Positions 12,705-25,877 of a stretch of DNA of 64,000 bases are shown in pieces (the stretch's first letter is position 1; each line of letters begins with the position of its first letter). This DNA comes from Lytechinus pictus. Its lineage: Eukaryota. The DNA is taken from NCBI RefSeq assembly GCF_037042905.1, contig NC_087263.1, positions 7,938,001 through 8,002,000 of the forward strand. The letters run 5' to 3'. The notes below the pieces were generated by a model. The model did no database searches. It was not told the DNA's origin and saw only the letters and a list, made by a program, of their open reading frames with translations. Position numbers and translations under genes: made by a program.

Positions 12705-13615
12705 GATTTTCTGCATTTATTGGATTGGATATACAAAATAAATTTACAATGCATGAACATAACAATAATATGACATAAAATCTATATAGCAAAGTGACAA
12801 TTTTATAATCATATATAGACATAACTACAGTTTGGCAAGCACAACTTTTTTGGGGGAAAATGCAGTGGCAAATCATATATTAAAGAAAAAAATTGCTTGA
12901 AATATAGCAGTAAAAAAAGGGAAGGGCTACATGGAAACCTATTATCTAAAAGAAAACAAAATTAATACCACCAATCATCAAAAAGAGGAATAAAACTATA
13001 AGTTTAAAAAATGAAGCATGTGCTAGTGGGTGCCGATTGCAGGTGAGATATTTATGGATATCTGGATAAAATAATTTTTTTCAAAGAGGCTTCAAAAGAA
13101 AAGACAGATGCAGCGACTTTTAATGGTCGGGTAAATCGTTCTATGCATCTGGGCCATTGTTTTGTGTGCTAAATAGATTTTCAGGTTTGTCAAATGAAAG
13201 TCAAGAGGAGTGACGTGTAGGATATGAATGTATGCCGCTCTGGTAAAGTAAAACTGTTTTGAAAGGATGTAGGTATAGCATTAGAGGAGAATTTGGACAT
13301 AAATATGGCAGTTTGGAAAGTATGAATATCGTAGATTTTTTTATGTTTTGAGGTTCCGAAAAATAGGATCAGTATGCGCTAAATATTGTGAGATCAAATA
13401 CCTATTGCTTTTTTTGGAGGCACACAATTTTATTGCTATTACCCCACAAAATATTGCAATATGATATAAGCGATGAAATAAAAGAATTATACAACATAAA
13501 TAGTGATTTTTAAGAAAAACAATATTTCAGGTTATATAGACCTAATATACCAATACCTCTTGCAAGTAGTGTGCCAACATTACAAATGTGGCTGTTCCTA
13601 GTTAAATTAGAGCAA
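12705..13615 (-). pseudogene. Decayed LINE (CR1/L2-group-like) ORF2 C-terminus and 3' end
   Basis: Minus-strand peptides WNSHICNV..LARGIGIL, FMLYNSFISSLISYCNILWG, AHTDPIFRNLKT*, IHSYPTRHS resemble post-RT regions of these LINEs; stops and frameshifts present. Confidence 0.8.
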
Positions 13616-15183
13616 ATTAGATCTAGGTCTGTTACTAGTCCATGTCAGACTAGGCTGCGGCTGTACTGTTTGTAGTGGTTCGGATCTTTCTGTTGTCGAA
13701 CCATGTCCAGGACCTAATCTAACTAACTGAATGTTTCGTTCAGAGACGTAAGCACTAACTTACGTTGTCGTAACGTTAGATTTCTGTAACTTTTATAATT
13801 TAGCCTAGCCTAGATCTAGAACTAGATTATACATGTAGATCTAAAATGTTAAAAAGTTAGACCTAACATAGATCTTTAACTTTTAACGTCAGGCTTGATC
13901 TAACGTTAGGCCTAGATCTAGATTTACTTACCAAATTTTATCGTCCAAAAGCTGATCTTATTCCTCATTACTCATCAGACATCACCAAAAATCTTTTGAC
14001 GTTAGACCGAATCCAAAACTAAAAGCCTAAGCCTAACATTAAGTTTCAGTCTCTATCTGCTAGTGCTAAACTACGTTGGCTCCACACTCACCAATGAAAT
14101 TGTTTAAGAAATCCCCAGAACCTAAAAAACGACGGTTATTCCTGTCTTCACAAATCTAGGCTACATTTTAGTATCTGACAAGGGCCCAACGTTAAACCTA
14201 ACTCGTAGTAGGTCCCTAGTCCTATGACTACGTCGTCGTCGGACTCACTTAAAATCCGCGGTCCGGTCGAGTGTTGATCGCTTGCAAACGACCGCTACTT
14301 TAGTCCGACATATGCCATTTCCGTGTAAATGGTAACATCTAATCTACGAGAGGGCGCCATGCACGTAGAAAAATATATTCATGGACCGGCTGGTCAATAT
14401 ATTCATCGAAGGTGGACCGGCTGGGAAAATACACCGATTTCGATCAGAGCACGTGACGCGCTATAAACCAATCGCGCTTGGCTATCTAATACTGCTTTTA
14501 TATCTAACACTTTATTCGGGATGTCTTTTCTCATGGGAATACGGGTTTTCACCCATATCGACATTTCTTCAACTTGTCATAAATTAAATTTTAGATGTGA
14601 CTTCCTAAGCGCAGATGATCAGAACTATCACCCCCCTTGAGGTGCGTTTCTAGGTGATGTATGAAGATTAATACCCCCAAAAAGTAATCAATAAATAAAT
14701 GAATAAATAAAAAAATACATTAATAAATGAATAAATAAATAAATATTAAAATGAATTGAAATTAAATCAATAATAAATAAAGATAGATAAAATAAATATT
14801 TTTGCTTGATTGAATTTATTTCTGAAAAACGACGATATCAAATAATAGAAAGCAAACCTGAACAGGTCCCTATATTCAAAACTTTTCTTTTAAATGCAAA
14901 ATAATAATAATCCGATTATTGTAAATTAACTCTATAAAGAAAAAAAATATTTGAGACCGCCGATGACCGCGGCCTTCATGAACTAATTGTTGATATTGTT
15001 TCCATCGGTCTCTTCATCATTGCTATGATAAATATATTCTTATTAAAAATAAGTTGACAGAATTATTTGTCACACATCTCAATCAAATCTATGTTGTTCC
15101 CATCGTATCAGCGAGGTTATATCCCCAGACTATAACATGTCATCCCTTGGTGAAGATGACTGTGACGTCATGTGAAAGTTTAG

Positions 15184-15666
15184 AGGGGAAGTTCCCATTG
15201 ACGAATGGTTTCTTGTAGAAATACCAGAAAAAAATCATACAAAATTTCCTTGAAGGTTTGAGAAAAATCCATCAGAAATTAAGAAAGTTATTATAATTTT
15301 TTTTTATTTGTGACGTGATATACGAATAGCTGTTATAGAATATAAATGCATAAATTTCATTTTTTTAATGATTCATGATGACTAAAAAAAACTTTTTTTC
15401 GGGAGCGGTTGTGAAATCATTTGTCACTTGATATACTGGAGGTATAAATAAAACCTTTTTTTTTTTTAATATGACATTACACTTGATTTGTTTAAATTCA
15501 TGATACGTCTTTTCAGGGGAAGTTGCTCGCATATGACGTCAAAATAAAAATAAAAAATCTAATAACTTTTTAAGTCTTTGACGGATTTTCCTCAAACCTT
15601 CACCAATATTTTTTATATCAGTTTTCTGCTATTTTTATCATTAACATTTTGTCAGGGTGTTCCCCT
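15184..15666. mobile_element. Kolobok-like MITE, diverged
   Basis: AGGGGAAGTTCCC ... GGGTGTTCCCCT|TTAA with inverted internal arms (GAAGGTTTGAG / CTCAAACCTTC); related pieces near 60366 and 62540. Confidence 0.65.
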
Positions 15667-15929
15667 TTAATGGGAACTCGAAAATAAAGAAGAGACGAAG
15701 CGTTTTAACATCCCTTCATGCTCTCTGTGTTGAACCAGCTTCCCATTTCGCTTGTAATTATACCGTCAATCTAACATAAAGAACTCAAGACAAATCACAT
15801 TTTTCTTGTGGATAATTTACGTAGAATGATCGCCCAGCACGTATCGGTTCTCTTGGTGTAATTGGGGCATTGACTGAATACCGTTAATTTAGGATGGACA
15901 TTTAGTTCTGGTGTCAACATGGCGCTGGG

Positions 15930-16117
15930 CAGGGGCCGATCCAGGATTTTCCAAGGGGGGGGGGGGACATTTTCTCGAGGAAAATTTGACAAGCGAAAAA
16001 AGGTCCTCGCTTTCAGAAGGGGGGGGGGGGCATTTGTGTTATAACGGCATAATTACATTAAAAATGGTGATTGTGCCTCTCAAAGGGGGGGGGGGGGGGG
16101 CACGGGATCCGCCAGTG
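15930..16117. mobile_element. hAT-like MITE family B
   Basis: CAGGGGCCGATCC ... GGATCCGCCAGTG; degenerate 8-bp TSD GCGCTGGG / GCGAAGGG. Confidence 0.7.
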
Positions 16118-16789
16118 GCGAAGGGCATGTTGAAAAATTTAAGCTGCTCAAAACTTCAAAAAGAAAACATCAATGGAAGCTAAAGAGGAGTTCTGTTTAT
16201 CATAATCATGATCAGGATTCAAAATGACACACATTGCAAACAATTATTGAGAAGAACGCACAATATTTCGTCCACCAAGAACGGAGTAACAATAATTTAG
16301 TGCATAAGATAATAATTTATGCAACTTATTTTGTTACAAGGCAGGCATATCGGACACACATGTATGAAAATATCAAATATTGATTATTTCATATAGAAAC
16401 GTAAGAAAGTTGGGACTTTACATCATCATCCCACCTAATGAATATTCATGACGGCGAGCATATAACAGTTTTCACAAAATATTGCTCAATAATTTTAACT
16501 TTGTTATTTAATTTTGAAGAATTTTTTTGCGTTTTTTCTCTGTGAATTTTGCTTCATATATGTAAGTACAATATCCAGCGCGGAGAAAGTCTTTAAGCTT
16601 GATTTTGTCTCTATTTTGTACGAGACACATAAAACTAAGGGTGAACTACAAGTATCAATCATCAAAACATAATTATATTTGTTTCCCTTTCATAACAGAG
16701 TCGTAGTATTCAGTTCCAGTATGCACCGCTTTAGTAAGTAGGTCCTTACGTTTTTTATTTTCGTAAGTTTCTCATTAATATTCACCCCA

Positions 16790-17132
16790 CGATGATCACG
16801 ATAATCTTCTTTGTAATAATTATCATCATCATCATCATCATCATCTTCACCGTCATCGTTTTCTTCTTCATTATTATCATTATCGTCGTCGTCATCATCA
16901 TAATTATTATCGTCGTCGTCATCATTATTATATTCACCATCATCTTCTCAGTCAACATCGTAATCACCATCAACACGGCATCGTCATCATCATCGCCATC
17001 ATAACCATCATCATGCTATTCTCATCGTATTAATGGCCATCATCACCGTCATCACCATCATCATCTTCATCCTCATCATCATCGTCATTATCATAATCAT
17101 CATCGTCATCATCATAATCATCATCATCATCA
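16790..17132. repeat. (CAT)n-rich degenerate microsatellite
   Basis: Direct inspection. Confidence 0.9.
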
Positions 17133-18894
17133 GTGCGACAATCGAAGTGTTTGTCAAGTACAAGAAGAAGGTGAATGCACTCCACGATAATTGTTGCTAT
17201 TTTTCGTCTTCCTAGTTCCTGTTTCCTTTCCTACTATTTGCTCATCTCCAGAGAAGAAATCATAGGTACTTCACTGTATTTAAATGACATTAGTCAAGAT
17301 TTACGACAATCACTCAAACTGCCAGACTGAAGGCTGTTTTCTGGTTGGAAGACTCATGTTTTAGTAGAAGCAAGGTAATATCTCCTTGGTAGAAGAGGTG
17401 GATCAAAATGTTCAATGACCATCGCCCTTGGAAGCGGGGTTGCTGAAGCACCCCCATGATTTCCACAGGGGGGTGATGCGTATTATTTTCCACAGGCAGC
17501 ACCCCCTGGAATTCTGTTAGGTGTGTAAAATTTGAAGAAAACAAATGTATTTAAAAAGACAAACATTTTGTGTTGAAACCATTTTTTTGCTTGTCGATTT
17601 TGTTTTCGAGTGAATCTTTTTTTTTTGCTTTTAAAATTAACTTCAACAATCGTTCCCAGTGCCCTGTCCCTGACATAGCAACATGTTTTTTTTATATCTC
17701 CATCGACAATACATGGACCTATAAGTCCGTGGACCAAGTGACTAGTGTTTTAAAATTTATACACAAATGATTTCACAAAATAAGGTCAGGTATCCCCTAT
17801 ACGTTTGTATTCCAATCCAATTTAGTGTGTTGCCATTATTTCTTTAACAAACTGAAGATCGAGAGAGAAGGAGGAGGATATGGGAAAGGCAAAGAACGGG
17901 AGACGAAAAGTAAACATTTGACCGCATTTCTAATGACGTTGTGTTTCTATATCTGGTGATAGGGGAAGTGCACCCCGAAAAATAGATGCTTAATCCGGAA
18001 TGTATATACTATTTTTTGTATCTGTGTATGACATATTTATAAATTCAAGAAATGAGAGAGGGAAAACATAACATTTATTTATTTAACCCCTCCTAGAGTC
18101 AACTTCGGTCTGTTTTGACACGCAGAGGATAGCGCCCGCGATCTCCCAGTATGGCGATTTTAAGAAATATTAGGAGAACAATTTCCAGGAACTTATGAAC
18201 TCCTGAAACTTGTTGATCACTACAATCTTACTACATAACTTATTCGAGCGCATTTTGGCTGGTTCCAGAGGTTTCTACACAGAGACACGTTCTTACGCAC
18301 ACGTAACCTCCCGAAGGTTTCTATGTGAATTACGCCCTCTACCTCGAATGGAATGGCAGTGGACGAAAAAGTAGGGATATGCGAACCACAGACGTTTCAC
18401 GACCGTCAAACCTTTCGCATATAGTCTTGTAAATTAAAGTGACACTTAAAAAACTCATACAAAATTAAGATGAATTAGAGGATTGAATGTTTACCACATA
18501 GGATATTATTTGACATACCATATCTGAATAGAAAATATTCAAAGGGTACCCCGACCCCCGACAGGCTCATTCTAAAAATAAATCGGCATTTATAAAACAT
18601 TTTCTGCAGAATATCAAATTCATCTCCTGAGACAGTTAAATAGCCCTCATTCTTCCGCCAGTCAAAATAGTTTAAAGAATTGGTGATATTTTTCCCCATT
18701 TTGTGAAAAAGAAGTTCAGTTGTTACCATTCCTAGAATCAGTGCTAGATGGCACATTATATTCATTTACTTTTGTCAATCAGCTATATTAAATTAAAAAA
18801 TTGAGAATGGGTTGGCTCGAATGAATATATTTTGCCTGTCAGTTGTAAATAACCTCGTTCCTATTTACATCCTGTAGGAAACTGTTGCAATGTG

Positions 18895-19170
18895 ACGGGG
18901 ACGGACTCTACAACATAGAAAATCTATTGCCGAAACGCTTTCACGACAAAGCAGTATTTGTCGAAAATCGGTGAATCAAAACAGCAGTATCGATCGTCCT
19001 GGACTCTGAACAAACGACATTTTACCCCATTTTTCGTCGGTTCCGAATCTCATAATGATCAGCTCTCCCAGTTCACCAATTTTCGACAAAGACCTCTCAA
19101 CTGTTCATTGTGATATTACGGACATTTTCTATTCTGTAGAATCAGTGTCCCTAGCTTCGGAACTGCGAAA
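18895..19170 (+). mobile_element. Member of the TTTGTCGAAA-core repeat family
   Basis: TTTGTCGAAAATCGGTGAATCAAAACAGC...GTCCTGGACTCTG...TTTCGACAAA shared with the 41792 copy and, inverted, with the 49866 and 55430 copies. Confidence 0.7.
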
Positions 19171-19825
19171 ACTCGCTTGAACCGATTACCTACGTACGCC
19201 GTGTCTATACAGAAGCGGATCTTGTATCTTCTCGAATCAAGCAGAATCCATCGGAATGAGCTGGATTTTAGATTCTCCGTATAAACACCAAGTAATTTTC
19301 TAGCGGTCAACATGAGGACAAACAAGTGCCTGGAAATTGGTCCTTCGACAATGCGTCATGCCGTGTGAGATTGCAGCCATACACGACCAAAAGTTTTCAT
19401 TCAAACTCCATCAAAACCCACTAAAGTGGTCTAAATTGTAAGCAGAAACAAGGGTTTAATTTAATTGCTTATTACTTGGCATTTCAAACCTGAAATTTAG
19501 ACAAATTGTTATACAATATTTTCGACTTGTTCCAAGGACCCATTTCTTTATTAAAGTTTTAATTAGGGTCTGTGCCTGCAGACTAATGGCGGGATTTCTG
19601 TTCAACCCTCGTGAACCATAATGATTCTAGAATGAACAAAAAGATGCAAGCGACTTTTATCAGAATTTCAGTCACTGATTTTATTTTTTTCTTCAAAATA
19701 TACACGTGTATACATTATGCTTGTCTTCTTGATCATTAAAAAAAAAAATAGATTTTGGACTATACCTTGAAAATAAATGCAGTGCACTAGGGGGGGGGGG
19801 GGAGAAGAGTAAGAGGGACACAGGT

Positions 19826-19856
<31 letters not shown>

Positions 19857-20676
19857 GGGGGGGTGGTGATTAAACCAATCATCATTCTCACGGAATGCAT
19901 TATTTGCTATTCGTAAAAGTTTTGTTGGAAATGAATCCAAGAGAAAAATAACAATTAAGAGATTAATTCACGTTTTGTTTTTCCTGTTAAGTTTTTGTTT
20001 GGAAATCGAAGAGAATGTAAAAGAATGATGTAAGTGTATTTCGTTGAGATGGAATGAAATGAAGACAGGTAATTGTTGTTTGACACCCCCACGGGAAATC
20101 TGATAAGCACAAATAAGGGTGGAGGGGGGGGGTCACAATTCCAGGGCATACTTCCGGTGTATTCTCTTAGCATGGACCAACTACACTAGCCCCCCCCCCC
20201 CATTCTCCCGTAGATCTGCCATCCACTAGCCTAGGTGTCTCGGATTTTGCAGCCCGATAATATACCCGACTTATAAGGGAGAACATTCCCGTGAATACAT
20301 GTGTTGCATTTTTTTCGTTTTGGCGCTTATGACGTTTACACAAATGGGTAATACAGGGTTCCCCCTCTTTATTATCCAATTTCCTTGAAACGGCGAAACA
20401 CATTTAAACCTGAGTACCCCTTCCCCGTTAGTGGGTTGATAATGGGTACATTTTTACAATAGAAACTGAAATATAGCGTCAGTTATTTGTTTAATTTTAT
20501 TTCCATTAACATATAATCAGTAACAAATAAAAGCACATTTACATTTCAAAGAAAAGCAGTATAAGATAAAACATATGGAAATGAGGGGGGAGGGGGTCTC
20601 TATAATAGTGATACTTGTAAAATGTGGATTCCCCTTGAAATATAAAAAAATAAAATTGGGTAGTAAATATCATATA

Positions 20677-20903
20677 CACTCTTAAAAAATAAATCAGTCA
20701 AATTGACTAGACCAGTAGTCAGCTGGGTGCAACTGATATGACAATCACTGATTATCACACTTCTGACATATATTCTAGTCGGAAATAACTCTGTTCTCGC
20801 AAAAAAAAAAACCGACGAGAAAATAGTCAAATATGACTAGAATAACAGTTGTACCCAGCTGACCCTGTTAACTAGTCATTTTTGACTGATTTGTTTTAGA
20901 GTG
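20677..20903. mobile_element. CACT-ended MITE with TA flanks
   Basis: TA|CACTCTTAAAAAATAAATCAGTCAAA ... TTTGACTGATTTGTTTTAGAGTG|TA. Confidence 0.8.
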
Positions 20904-21183
20904 TAATATGATGCATGCGCATGTCATAAGAACGAAAAAAAAACACGATTTTGATTACCCCTACTCGTTGCACTGCAGTCAGTATAAAAAAAAATGGATT
21001 TTGCCTTTCACAGGAAATATTATTTTGTGACTTGCTTCCTTTTGCCATGTTTAAAGTGTTTTACCAGACTGGTCAGCCTGGTCCGGCTAGACTCCTCAAC
21101 CAATAAAGCGGTCTACTCAATGTTTAGACCCGGAAAAGATCAAGGCTACTGTACATTACATGTAGAAGAATCTTTTAGTCCTT

Positions 21184-21452
21184 GGCCACGTCTTACAAAG
21201 CGTGACGATTGATCCAATCAACCACAACTATGGAAAGCCAGCAACGTCAACATCTAAAATACATGTTTGTTCAAAATATTTTCTAGATATGTTTATTCAT
21301 ACATTCACTGTTTACTTAACAATTTAGTATGCTTCTTTTATTTTCAAAGGACGTTGTGCAAATTTTATTCCGGAAAAAAATATGGTATGGATGGATTTCA
21401 ATATACTTGAGGTTGATCGGATCAATCGTAACTCTTTGTAAGACAGAGCCCT
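21184..21452. mobile_element. Harbinger-like MITE (GGCCCCGTCTTACAAAG family)
   Basis: GGCCACGTCTTACAAAGCGTGACGATTGATCC ... GGATCAATCGTAACTCTTTGTAAGACAGAGCC; isolated ends also near 34051 and 39375. Confidence 0.75.
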
Positions 21453-21594
21453 GGTATTAACACTTCATAAACATTTCATGTACATTTCGAACTCTTTGGC
21501 AAGTGATTTAATTGGACCTGGTTGTACTTTGACATGCTTGATGTGTTAGGATGAGCGCAAACATCTTTCTTTGGCGGACATTACGACGACCTTA

Positions 21595-21966
21595 AGGCCC
21601 AGCGCACATTATACGACGCGATATATTTTTAAATCGCATTTTGCATAAATGTGAAAGTTCCAAGATGTTAAATTATTATTTGAAGTTCTGCATTATGTCA
21701 GGAATAACAAAATCATAATTTTGCTTTGCAGCAAGCCCTGTGGACGGTCAAGTCCAAATCGGCGTCAAGTCGCAGCCGATGATGACGTCACTACCATTTG
21801 GAATTTGATTTGCTTTTATTCCTACAGGGAGGCTCGAACTACACTGACTTTCGATTTCCGTAGTCCTACTACGATCGATAGGATTTTATTGGTTAAACAA
21901 TATCAAATATCATTACAGTTTCTTTGAACTTCGGATCGCAACGAATTGTATAGTGTGCGCCGGGTT
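21595..21966. mobile_element. Harbinger-like MITE
   Basis: AGGCCCAGCGCACATTATAC ... GTATAGTGTGCGCCGGGTT terminal inverted repeats. Confidence 0.7.
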
Positions 21967-21969
21967 TAC

Positions 21970-22853
21970 ACCCCCGTCACACTTATTCGGAATCAGCAGG
22001 AATCGAGCAGAACCAGCCGGAATGAAGAACTTTTAAAATTCGTGCCACATTCGGGAGGGAATTTGAAATTTTCACTACTTTTGCAAAAATGTCGTTCAAA
22101 TACTTATACCCCTTTCATAAACCCAATAAAACATATCCTCCAATTAGCCGCCTAAGAGTAATGCGGATAATTCAATAAAAATTGTGTTCACAAACTCCAT
22201 AAATTATTTTTACGAGCGCCCGTCCTGAAAAAGGCGGATAATCGTCATGACAACTGGACACGCCCCCTCCAATGCGGTTGTGTTGGAAAAGGGTGACCTT
22301 GTGACCGCACCATGGCAATTATCCGCATTATTTGGAAATACGTTCATAAACTCAAAATCTTGTCCCGATGCCGCTATTATGCGGATAATAGCAGCATCAG
22401 AATAATGCGGATAACTCTTGTCCTCCTCTGACTTTACGACCAAATTATGCTGCTATTAGCCGCATAATTGTGTTTTATTGGGTTTATGAAAGGGGTATTA
22501 TACCCCTTTCATAAACCCAATAAAACAACCCCTTTCATAAACCCAATAAAACACAATTATGCGGCTAATAAGAAGAATGCTGTTAGAATGTCGTAAGAAT
22601 ATGTAGAATGCAGTCAGAGAGCAGTCAGAATGCACTTCGAATGTCGTTCGATATTTCTCCACTTCGAATACACTTCGAAAGTTTTGAACATGAGCAAAAC
22701 ATTCGGGCCGGTCACAAGAATGGACCCGAATGTCTGAAATGCACTCAGAATGCAGTCAGAATTTTTAGAATGCGCTTCGAATATCCAGGAATGTACCAAG
22801 AATTTTCATTCCGACGGCATTCCGGCTCATTCCGCCTCTAGTGTGACGGGGGT
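21970..22853. mobile_element. Harbinger-like MITE hosting a nested insertion
   Basis: ACCCCCGTCACACT ... AGTGTGACGGGGGT TIRs; GAAT/ATTC-rich interior. Confidence 0.75.
22107..22497. mobile_element. Nested Harbinger-like MITE with TTA TSD
   Basis: TTA|TACCCCTTTCATAAACCCAATAAAACA ... TGTTTTATTGGGTTTATGAAAGGGGTA|TTA, perfect 27-bp TIR. Confidence 0.88.
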
Positions 22854-22867
22854 TTTAAGAAGATATA

Positions 22868-23626
22868 CAGTGCGTCCCACAAAAAACGAAAGCGAGATTA
22901 AGCGATGTTTTATCATAACTTAATCATAAATACAATAGACAAATGACCCACCAACGTAAAGCTTAGAATCTCCTCTTTCATCTGATACTACTTAGGTTAT
23001 TCCTCATTCACGCATGAGTGAGCAAAAATAATTCTAAGAAAGGATGCCAAAAACTCATTTGGCGGGGGGTATCTGAATTTCAAAAAGAAAGTCACATGAC
23101 TAAAAAGTTCAATATCTGCTCTTTTATTTGATACCTTAATCACATAAAATGGTCAAGAAGTAAAAAAGTTATGATCCCTCGAAACAATGCTTGTATTTCC
23201 ATAATTTCATTAAATAAACGTGTTTTCACCGGTTTTCCACAGAAGCTATCGCACGGTAACAATGGCTGATCGTCAACAAAACGGAGTGTTGAGTGAGTTT
23301 GAACGCTTGTTTCAAATAACCAGAACTTTCTTATTTCTTGACGATTTTCTTTAATTGAGGTATCAAATTAAAGAGCAGATATTGAACTTTTTAAAAATGT
23401 GGTTTTCTTTTTGAAACCCAGATACAGCCCGCCAAGTGACTTTTTGGTATCCCCTTTTCAAATTGTTTTTGCTCACTCATGCGTGAATGAGAAATAATAT
23501 AAGTAATTTCTGATGAAACAGGAGATCCTAAGCTTTACAATGGTAGGTCATTTGTCTATTGAATGTGTGATTAAGTTATGATAAATCATCGATAAATCTC
23601 GGTTTCGTTTTTTGTGGGACGCACTG
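22868..23626. mobile_element. Tc1/mariner-like MITE with long TIRs
   Basis: TA|CAGTGCGTCCCACAAAAAACGAAA ... TTTCGTTTTTTGTGGGACGCACTG|TA; arms align for roughly 300 bp. Confidence 0.9.
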
Positions 23627-24902
23627 TATAGGGAAAGCGGGAGAGAGAGAGGAGAGGGATAGAGAGAATCGAGGGGCTTTTGTGCTTGCGCACCTCTCCC
23701 CGATATTAAACGCGTCTTGGTTTCCACGGTTACTCCAGAGTAAATGACATTTTCATGATAACAAAAAATGAGATAGAATGATGTTAGATATCTTGTCGTT
23801 TTAGCACCAACACTAGCATCAACACCTATAATGATAACTACATAACTACAGTATTGATGTGTATATTCATACATTTTCCCGTTTTTCCAATGGTCGTATA
23901 TAGACTTCCCTATATGGCGTGTGTGTATATAGGCCTATAGATCACTATCGGTGTCTTTTTGTTTTACCAATTAATCTTTGGTCAAGTCTACATGTTCCCA
24001 TCTTAAAAGTATTCCTTAAGTTTGATATCAAGTTTAGCATTATAGGGACTTGTGACATTCAATCTGACAAGAATGGGGGAATTCCCAGGGAATTTCTTAT
24101 TTTCCCTGATTTGAGACCCTTTGTCCCTCGTATTGTTAACCCGTTCGACTAGCTGGTTTCGCCTTACAAAACTCTTGATTGTGCAATAAATCTGGCTTAT
24201 AAGAAAGTAAGGTCTGCCTATCAGCTGCCTATTTGCTTGTTTATCAATGATTACAATCATTAATCATCTTTTTCCTAAATTATTATAATCACTAATCGAT
24301 TATTATCATTATCATTATTATTACTATTATTATTGTTATTATTATTATTATCATTGTTATTATTATCATTATCATTATCATTATTATTATTTTATTGTTT
24401 TTTATTCAGGGGCTTCCCACAAACTCAAATCAGTAAGATGGTGATCCAATGTAATGTGCATTTATGATATCTCCCTTTTCTATACCCTATTCCATAACTC
24501 TATTAGGATTCAATGTTTTGCCTTGGGGTGTAATTTAATGACGATATTGGGTGATCGAAAAATAATAGATTTCACGAGAAAGAATTTCAATTTCCAGACT
24601 TTAAGGTGAAGTATATATGGTATAATTGCGCTGTCAAACTCTAACGAAATAGAGAAATAAAGCTTTAAAAGAGAGAGAGAGAAGGAAAAGGAGAGAGTGG
24701 GGAAATGAAAGGAGGGGGGGGGGGGTGGTGGCGGGAAGAGAGAGGATAAAGTTAAACCGAAACTATGCAGACATTGATCTCAAGACAAGAGGTCAAAAGC
24801 ATTTCATACTAACGACACCATTCCAGGTAAGCGGCATAGCCAAGGGTGCCCAACCGATACCACCGCTACCAGTTTTTCAGGAACCAGCTCACGTCGCTGC
24901 TC

Positions 24903-24940
24903 TATAAAAGCACGAGCGAGCTTTTACATCCGGCATTCAT
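24903..24940 (+). promoter_or_regulatory. Candidate TATA box and initiator of the Ig-TM gene
   Basis: TATAAAAG at 24903-24910 with Inr-like GCATTC about 30 nt downstream; preceded by a GA/G-rich tract (24670-24745) and followed by repeat-free sequence up to the signal-peptide ATG. Confidence 0.55.
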
Positions 24941-25798
24941 ACCATGAGCATAGAGTCGGTCACGGCGTACTCTGAAAGAAAATTAGGCTCCTCTTCAAAG
25001 TAAAAACCATAGCGCATTATTTCATATTCAACAGTGTTCAACGTGACCAGCTTCTTCACATGGACAAGGACGAACGGGCTCAGAACAGAAGATAGCTGAA
25101 TTGTGTACCTGGCATTGTGAAGTCTACCACGGGGACGAACAACTATTATTTGATATCGCTTTCATCTATTATTAATATATAACGTTGGTTGAATTGTAGG
25201 GTTGGAACATTCGGTGATCGAGGTCCCCACGTGAAGAGACACGACTGGACTAACACTCTCCAACGGGAACTACTTTATACAATATATCATTTTTATTTAA
25301 GAAATCAGAGTGATGAGGAAGGAATGTCAGATGGCTCTATATTTTGAGAACGTGGAACTCTCATTTTAAAACCAGATTTCAGGTTCAGTCTGGAAAGTGA
25401 CCTAAAGAAGTTCTAAAAAACTCAAACGAACGCAAGCTATCTTCACGATTGATGCACACTCATTAAACAAGAAAACGTGACTTTTCTGTGTATTTCTACA
25501 TTTTATTTTAACCTCAAATTGCGTTCCTTTTATCTATCTGATTCAAGTTCAACTTGGATTATCTCTGTCTGTTTCGGAATTCCTGTTCTCGAACAAAGTT
25601 CACGTTTTCTTTGTATCCAGCGAATCCAGCGAATTGTCCATCTGGGGTCGTCAAAGAGGTTTAAAAATAAATCTTTAAACTAAGTTCAAGCCAAACTCAG
25701 AGGATTTAATAAACCCGAACACGAAGGCCACAATCCTCGTTAGAACGCTACTAGATCTACAAGTGTGTTGTCCATCTTGTGTTCTCAAAAGGGAGAAA

Positions 25799-25877
25799 AT
25801 GGCGACATCGTTGACGTCGGTTTTAATAACACTTTTGGTGATCATCGGCCAACTGATTACAGTCAAGTCATCAGGAT
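25799..25877 (+). CDS. Coding exon 1 (signal peptide) of a type I single-Ig membrane protein
   Basis: AAAATGG start context; translates MATSLTSVLITLLVIIGQLITVKSSG plus 1 nt; hydrophobic core ending in small residues; consensus donor GTGAGT at 25878; phase 1 matches the Ig exon. Linkage across a ~22.8 kb intron is inferred. Confidence 0.75.

Noticed and set aside
16782..17215. Hydrophobic poly-Ile ORFs resembling TM proteins
   Set aside because: Translation of (CAT)n repeats.
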